Source: Candidatus Sulfobium sp.
Lineage (GTDB): Bacteria; Nitrospirota; Thermodesulfovibrionia; Thermodesulfovibrionales; UBA6898
DNA: 64,000 nt
NCBI GenBank assembly: GCA_037380845.1
Contig: JARRRI010000007.1
Location: 1 to 64,000 of the forward strand
Reading direction: 5' to 3'
Under the pieces are notes generated by a model. The model ran no database searches. It was not told the DNA's origin and worked only from the letters and a program-made list of their open reading frames with translations. Positions 60,138-64,000 of this stretch are shown here, piece by piece. The position numbers and the translations under genes were made by a program. The first letter of the stretch is position 1. Every line of letters starts with the position of its first letter.

Positions 60138-60347
60138 TACCTAATATACACCGGGCGGCGGTTTTTCCGTCAAGCGGCGGTTCCCGGCGGCCGCCCCCGA
60201 TGTGATCTGCCGCCGCCGGGGGCGCTGCGCATCTCCGGCCGATGATAAATTCCGGCCCGGCTGAACCCCGGCTCATGTTCCACTGTCCTTGCCGAAAAAG
60301 CGCCCGATAGTGCAAAATATCACTTAAACTTTTCTGGGGGCTGAAGC

Positions 60348-61268
60348 GTGACGGTGCGTGTTGGCGTAATAGGTGTAGGCTATCTCGGGCAGCATCATGC
60401 GAGGATATATTCCGGGCTCCCCGGCGTCGAGCTGGTCGGGGTTGCGGACACCGATGCCGCTGCGTCCGGGGAGATTGCCCGGCAGTACGGCTGCGTCCCG
60501 TGCGCCGATTACAGGGACCTGGTCGCGCGGTGCGATGCGGTAAGTATTGCCACCCCTACCTCCACCCACCGGGACATCGCGGTGCACTGCCTGCGGGAAG
60601 GGAGGGATGTTCTGGTCGAAAAACCCATAACAGGGAGGCTGGAAGAGGCGGGTGATATCATAGAGGAGGCACAGCGGAAGGAGCTGGTCCTGCAGGTCGG
60701 CCACCTTGAGCGATACAATCCCGGTGTGGTTGCAGTCTCCGAAATGGTCACGGACCCCGCGTTCATCGAATGCCAGAGGCTTTCCCCGTTTCTCGGCAGG
60801 GGGACCGATGTAGATATAACGCTGGACCTCATGATCCACGACGTAGACATCGTGATGAGCATGGTCAGGTCCGGCCTCAGAATCGTGCGGGCCTCGGGGG
60901 GAAGACTTGAAACGCCGAATATCGATGTGGCGAGCGCATGGCTTGAATCAGAGAGCGGCTGCACGGCCGTGCTTACGGCAAGCAGGCTTGAGCAGGACAA
61001 GAAAAGGACCCTCAGGGTCTTCCAGGCGGATTCATACATATCGCTGGATTACCAGAGCCAGACGGTCGTCCGCCACGGGAAAAACCGCGGCGGCACGCCC
61101 GACGTCATCAGGCCCGAGGGCAGGGAGCCCCTCAGGGAAGAGCTGGAAGATTTTATCCGTTGCGTCGAGACCAGGAAAAGGCCCCGGGTATCAGGCGAAG
61201 ACGCCATGACGGCGCTGCGCACTGTCCTGGCGGTAAGCGAGGCGATAAGGGGCGGACGGCCGGCATGA
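60348..61268 (+). CDS. Gfo/Idh/MocA oxidoreductase; probable UDP-GlcNAc 3-dehydrogenase (GnnA-like)
   Basis: GVGYLGQHHAR, EKP, VGHLERYNP, DLMIHD; adjacent to a DegT gene and lpxB. Confidence 0.85.
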   Translation: MTVRVGVIGVGYLGQHHARIYSGLPGVELVGVADTDAAASGEIARQYGCVPCADYRDLVARCDAVSIATPTSTHRDIAVHCLREGRDVLVEKPITGRLEEAGDIIEEAQRKELVLQVGHLERYNPGVVAVSEMVTDPAFIECQRLSPFLGRGTDVDITLDLMIHDVDIVMSMVRSGLRIVRASGGRLETPNIDVASAWLESESGCTAVLTASRLEQDKKRTLRVFQADSYISLDYQSQTVVRHGKNRGGTPDVIRPEGREPLREELEDFIRCVETRKRPRVSGEDAMTALRTVLAVSEAIRGGRPA

Positions 61269-61339
61269 GAGCGGTCCGCAGGGACAGGATTCAGGTGAAG
61301 GGAAGGCGGGTACAAAACAGTGGAATGGAGAGAGCTCAT

Positions 61340-62437
61340 ATGATTCCGATGGTCGACCTGAAAAAGCAGTTCAATGACATCAGGGAAGAGGTCTGCGCAG
61401 TCATCGTCGATGTACTCGAAAGCTCGCAATATATACTGGGCCCCAGAGTTGCCGAACTCGAAAAAAGGGTCGCCGTTTACCACGGCGTGAACGAGGCGGT
61501 CGGGGTGGCCTCCGGAACGGACGCCCTCCACCTTGCGATGGAGGCCCTGGGCATCGGGGAAGGCGACGAGGTGATTACCACGCCCTTTACCTTTTTTGCG
61601 ACGGCGGAGGCGATACTTTACACGGGGGCGACGCCCGTATTCGTGGACATAGAGCCGGACACCATGAACATAGACCCCTCCGGGATCGAGGAGAAGATCA
61701 CGAGACGGACCAAGGCAATCGTGCCGGTCCACCTCTTCGGCCACCCGGCCGATATGGAGCGCATAGTGGATATAGCGGACCGGCACGCACTGAACGTGAT
61801 AGAAGACTGCGCCCAGTCTTTCGGCGCGGAACTCCACGGAAGCAAGGCAGGCAGTTTCGGAGATGCAGGCTGTTTCAGCTTTTATCCCTCCAAGAACCTG
61901 GGCGCCTTCGGCGACGGGGGAATGATACTGCTGAATGACACGACGGTCGCCGGCGATATCCGGAAGCTCCGGAACCACGGGACAAAGGGGCCTTATCAGC
62001 ACCAGTCCGTCGGATTCAACAGCAGGCTGGACGAGCTTCAGGCAGCCGTGCTTCTGGTCAAATTCGGGAGGATAGATTCATACAACGAAATGAGGAGGGA
62101 GAAGGCCGCCCTTTATAACGAGCTGCTTTCGGACGGCGTCCTGCCCCCGGTGGAGAGACCCGGTGCAAGGCATGTCTACCACCAGTATACGATAAGAAGC
62201 GGGAGGCGGGACGAGATACAGAGGTGTCTCCGCGAAAAGGAGATCGCCTCGGTCGTATACTATCCGGTCCCCCTCCATCTTCAGGAGGCGGTGGAGTTCC
62301 TGGGGTACCGGGAGGGAGATTTTCCGGTTGCCGAGGAGGCCGCGGCAAAGGTCCTCTCCCTGCCCATGTACCCCGAACTTGAGGAGGCGGAGATCAGGGA
62401 GATCGCGGACAGTATCAACCATATCTGCCAATATTGA
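61340..62437 (+). CDS. DegT/DnrJ/EryC1/StrS aminotransferase; probable GnnB
   Basis: SGTDAL, PVHLFG, EDCAQ, SFYPSKNLG, NSRLDELQA, LSLPM. Confidence 0.88.
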   Translation: MIPMVDLKKQFNDIREEVCAVIVDVLESSQYILGPRVAELEKRVAVYHGVNEAVGVASGTDALHLAMEALGIGEGDEVITTPFTFFATAEAILYTGATPVFVDIEPDTMNIDPSGIEEKITRRTKAIVPVHLFGHPADMERIVDIADRHALNVIEDCAQSFGAELHGSKAGSFGDAGCFSFYPSKNLGAFGDGGMILLNDTTVAGDIRKLRNHGTKGPYQHQSVGFNSRLDELQAAVLLVKFGRIDSYNEMRREKAALYNELLSDGVLPPVERPGARHVYHQYTIRSGRRDEIQRCLREKEIASVVYYPVPLHLQEAVEFLGYREGDFPVAEEAAAKVLSLPMYPELEEAEIREIADSINHICQY

Positions 62438-62597
62438 CGGTTCCGAAATTGTATATGTCTGGTTATCAGCAATCCCCTGCCGACTTCGCCCTGCCCCCGG
62501 CAGGCCGAAGACCCGATCCGGGGATATCGCCCCTTTCCGGCAGCCGGGGTAAGGAGGGTTGCCGGTTTAACCTGCCTGATGCCGGCGGCGACCTGTA

Positions 62598-63776
62598 ATG
62601 TCCGATTCCGTCATGATCGTTACAGGAGAAAGCTCCGGTGAGCTTTACGGCTCTCTCCTGGCCCGCTCCCTCCACAGGAGACTGCCCGGCCTCAGGATCA
62701 CCGGGATAGGAGGCGAAAGGATGAAGGCCGCCGGAGTCGACCTGATATCGGGAATATCGGGCGCCTTCGGTCTCACCGAGGTGGTATCTTCTCTGGGAGC
62801 GCTGAGGGAGACTTTCAACAGGGCGGTCCGGGCCCTCAGGACCGACAGGCCGGCAATTCTGGTCCTGATAGACTATCCCGACTTCAACCTGAGGCTTGCC
62901 GCCGAGGCGAAGAAGAACAATATCGGGGTGCTTTATTACGTAAGCCCGCAGGTCTGGGCCTGGAGGAAGAGGAGGGTGAAAAAGATCGCCGCCCTGGCCG
63001 ACAGGATGGCGGCGGTGCTTCCTTTTGAAGAGGCCATCTACAGGGAGACCGGGCTTGAGACAGAGTTCGTGGGGCATCCCGTGCGCGATGAGATAGAGGA
63101 TCTGAAGTCGACCGGCAGGGCAGAAATCAAGAGGTCGCTCGGGCTGGAAGGCGGCCGGCCCCTTCTGTCACTTCTGCCGGGGAGCAGGCATAATGAAATC
63201 GGCAGGCTCCTGCCGGTGGTCACCGCCGTAGTGAGCGAATTCGGTAAAGAGTTCGGGGACTTCCAGTTCTGCGTTCCCTTCGCCCCCAACACCGAGATGG
63301 ACCGCTACGCGGGCGAAGTGGAAAAACTCCGCCGCATGGGGGTAGCCGTAAACCGCGGAGAGTCGCTGAGGACCCTGGCCGCTTCTGAACTGGCTGTCGT
63401 TGCCTCCGGGACGGCGTCCCTCCAGGCCGTTTTTCTCGGGGTCCCGATAGTCGTCATATACAAGCTCTTCCCACTCACCTACTGGCTGGGAAAGAAAATC
63501 GTCCGGGTGAAACACATATCCCTGGTGAACATACTGTCCGGCTGCGAGGTCGTCAGGGAACTGCTCCAGGGCGATGCGACTGCGGAAAACATCATGGGTG
63601 AAATACGGAGGATCATCAGGGAGGACTCTTACAGGGAGGGCATGCTGGCGTCTTTTGAAAAGGTCAACGGGATGTTTGCGGGGAAGAATGCGTCCGACAG
63701 GGTGGCTGGCATCGTAATGGAGATGGCGGGATGGGAAGGCCTTTGCGCCCGGGAGCAGGGTGAAAGCAGGGTCTGA
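62598..63776 (+). CDS. lpxB: Lipid-A-disaccharide synthase
   Basis: GESSGE, IDYPDFN, SPQVWAWR, LPFE, FVGHP, LPGSR, SGTASL. Confidence 0.96.
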   Translation: MSDSVMIVTGESSGELYGSLLARSLHRRLPGLRITGIGGERMKAAGVDLISGISGAFGLTEVVSSLGALRETFNRAVRALRTDRPAILVLIDYPDFNLRLAAEAKKNNIGVLYYVSPQVWAWRKRRVKKIAALADRMAAVLPFEEAIYRETGLETEFVGHPVRDEIEDLKSTGRAEIKRSLGLEGGRPLLSLLPGSRHNEIGRLLPVVTAVVSEFGKEFGDFQFCVPFAPNTEMDRYAGEVEKLRRMGVAVNRGESLRTLAASELAVVASGTASLQAVFLGVPIVVIYKLFPLTYWLGKKIVRVKHISLVNILSGCEVVRELLQGDATAENIMGEIRRIIREDSYREGMLASFEKVNGMFAGKNASDRVAGIVMEMAGWEGLCAREQGESRV

Positions 63777-64000
63777 TGTACCTGATATATAGTTTTTTAT
63801 ATGTCCTGGCGCTTATCTTCCTCCTGGTGCCGGAGTACCTCAGGAGACCTAAGGGCCTCAGGAGGAGATGGCTGAGGGAAAAGTTCGGTTTCCTTGACCG
63901 GGAAGTCCGGACCCCGGGGCCCGGGGGCATCTGGGTCCATGCGGTCTCGGTGGGCGAGGTAGGCGCCTCCATCCCCCTTCTGAAGAAGCTGAGGGAACTG
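63776..64000 (+). CDS. waaA: Kdo transferase (3'-truncated by the window)
   Basis: ATG overlaps the lpxB stop; MYLIYSFLY...EKFG...IWVHAVSVGEV. Confidence 0.9.
   Translation, partial: MYLIYSFLYVLALIFLLVPEYLRRPKGLRRRWLREKFGFLDREVRTPGPGGIWVHAVSVGEVGASIPLLKKLREL

Overview
This is a GC-rich bacterial chromosomal window; gene content and style suggest Nitrospirota or Desulfobacterota, which is an inference. It has four parts. (1) 1-25.9 kb is an accessory membrane, ion and stress island. It holds two dikinase-like enzymes that have ATP-grasp and phospho-His domains but no PEP/pyruvate TIM barrel, and a tandem gene pair fusing MshEN-like domains to 3 and 2 DUF202 units with heptad arginine ladders. 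It also holds a 5 x 11-bp Pho-box-like operator, a TSUP transporter, a ClC-CBS protein with an atypical filter, an MFS pump, UPF0182, a kinase and receiver pair, a rhomboid, a GNAT, four USPs, a P3A H+-ATPase, DedA and a stand-alone DUF202. (2) 26-39.4 kb carries an aminotransferase, mutL-miaA-hfq, Nudix, SurA-N, a methyltransferase, mscL, a CapA-family protein, an uncalled UxxC thioredoxin selenoprotein with a SECIS, kup and a Bpt/ATE-family transferase. (3) 39.5-54.4 kb is an E. coli-type nuoA-N operon with fused nuoCD, two lesions (nuoH frameshifted by an inverted 33-bp copy of nuoI; a deletion across nuoM/nuoN) and repeat elements between cistrons. (4) 54.5-64 kb carries csp with a leader terminator, DUF3047, RHH-nagA, birA, ogt, gnnA-gnnB-lpxB-waaA and several gene remnants. 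The best candidate for an undescribed system is the MshEN-DUF202 pair: its 3+2 = 5 units match the pentameric DUF202 polyphosphate channel of the eukaryotic VTC complex, and it lies next to an acceptor-less dikinase and Pho-box-like repeats. No CRISPR array, rRNA, tRNA or transposase was seen.
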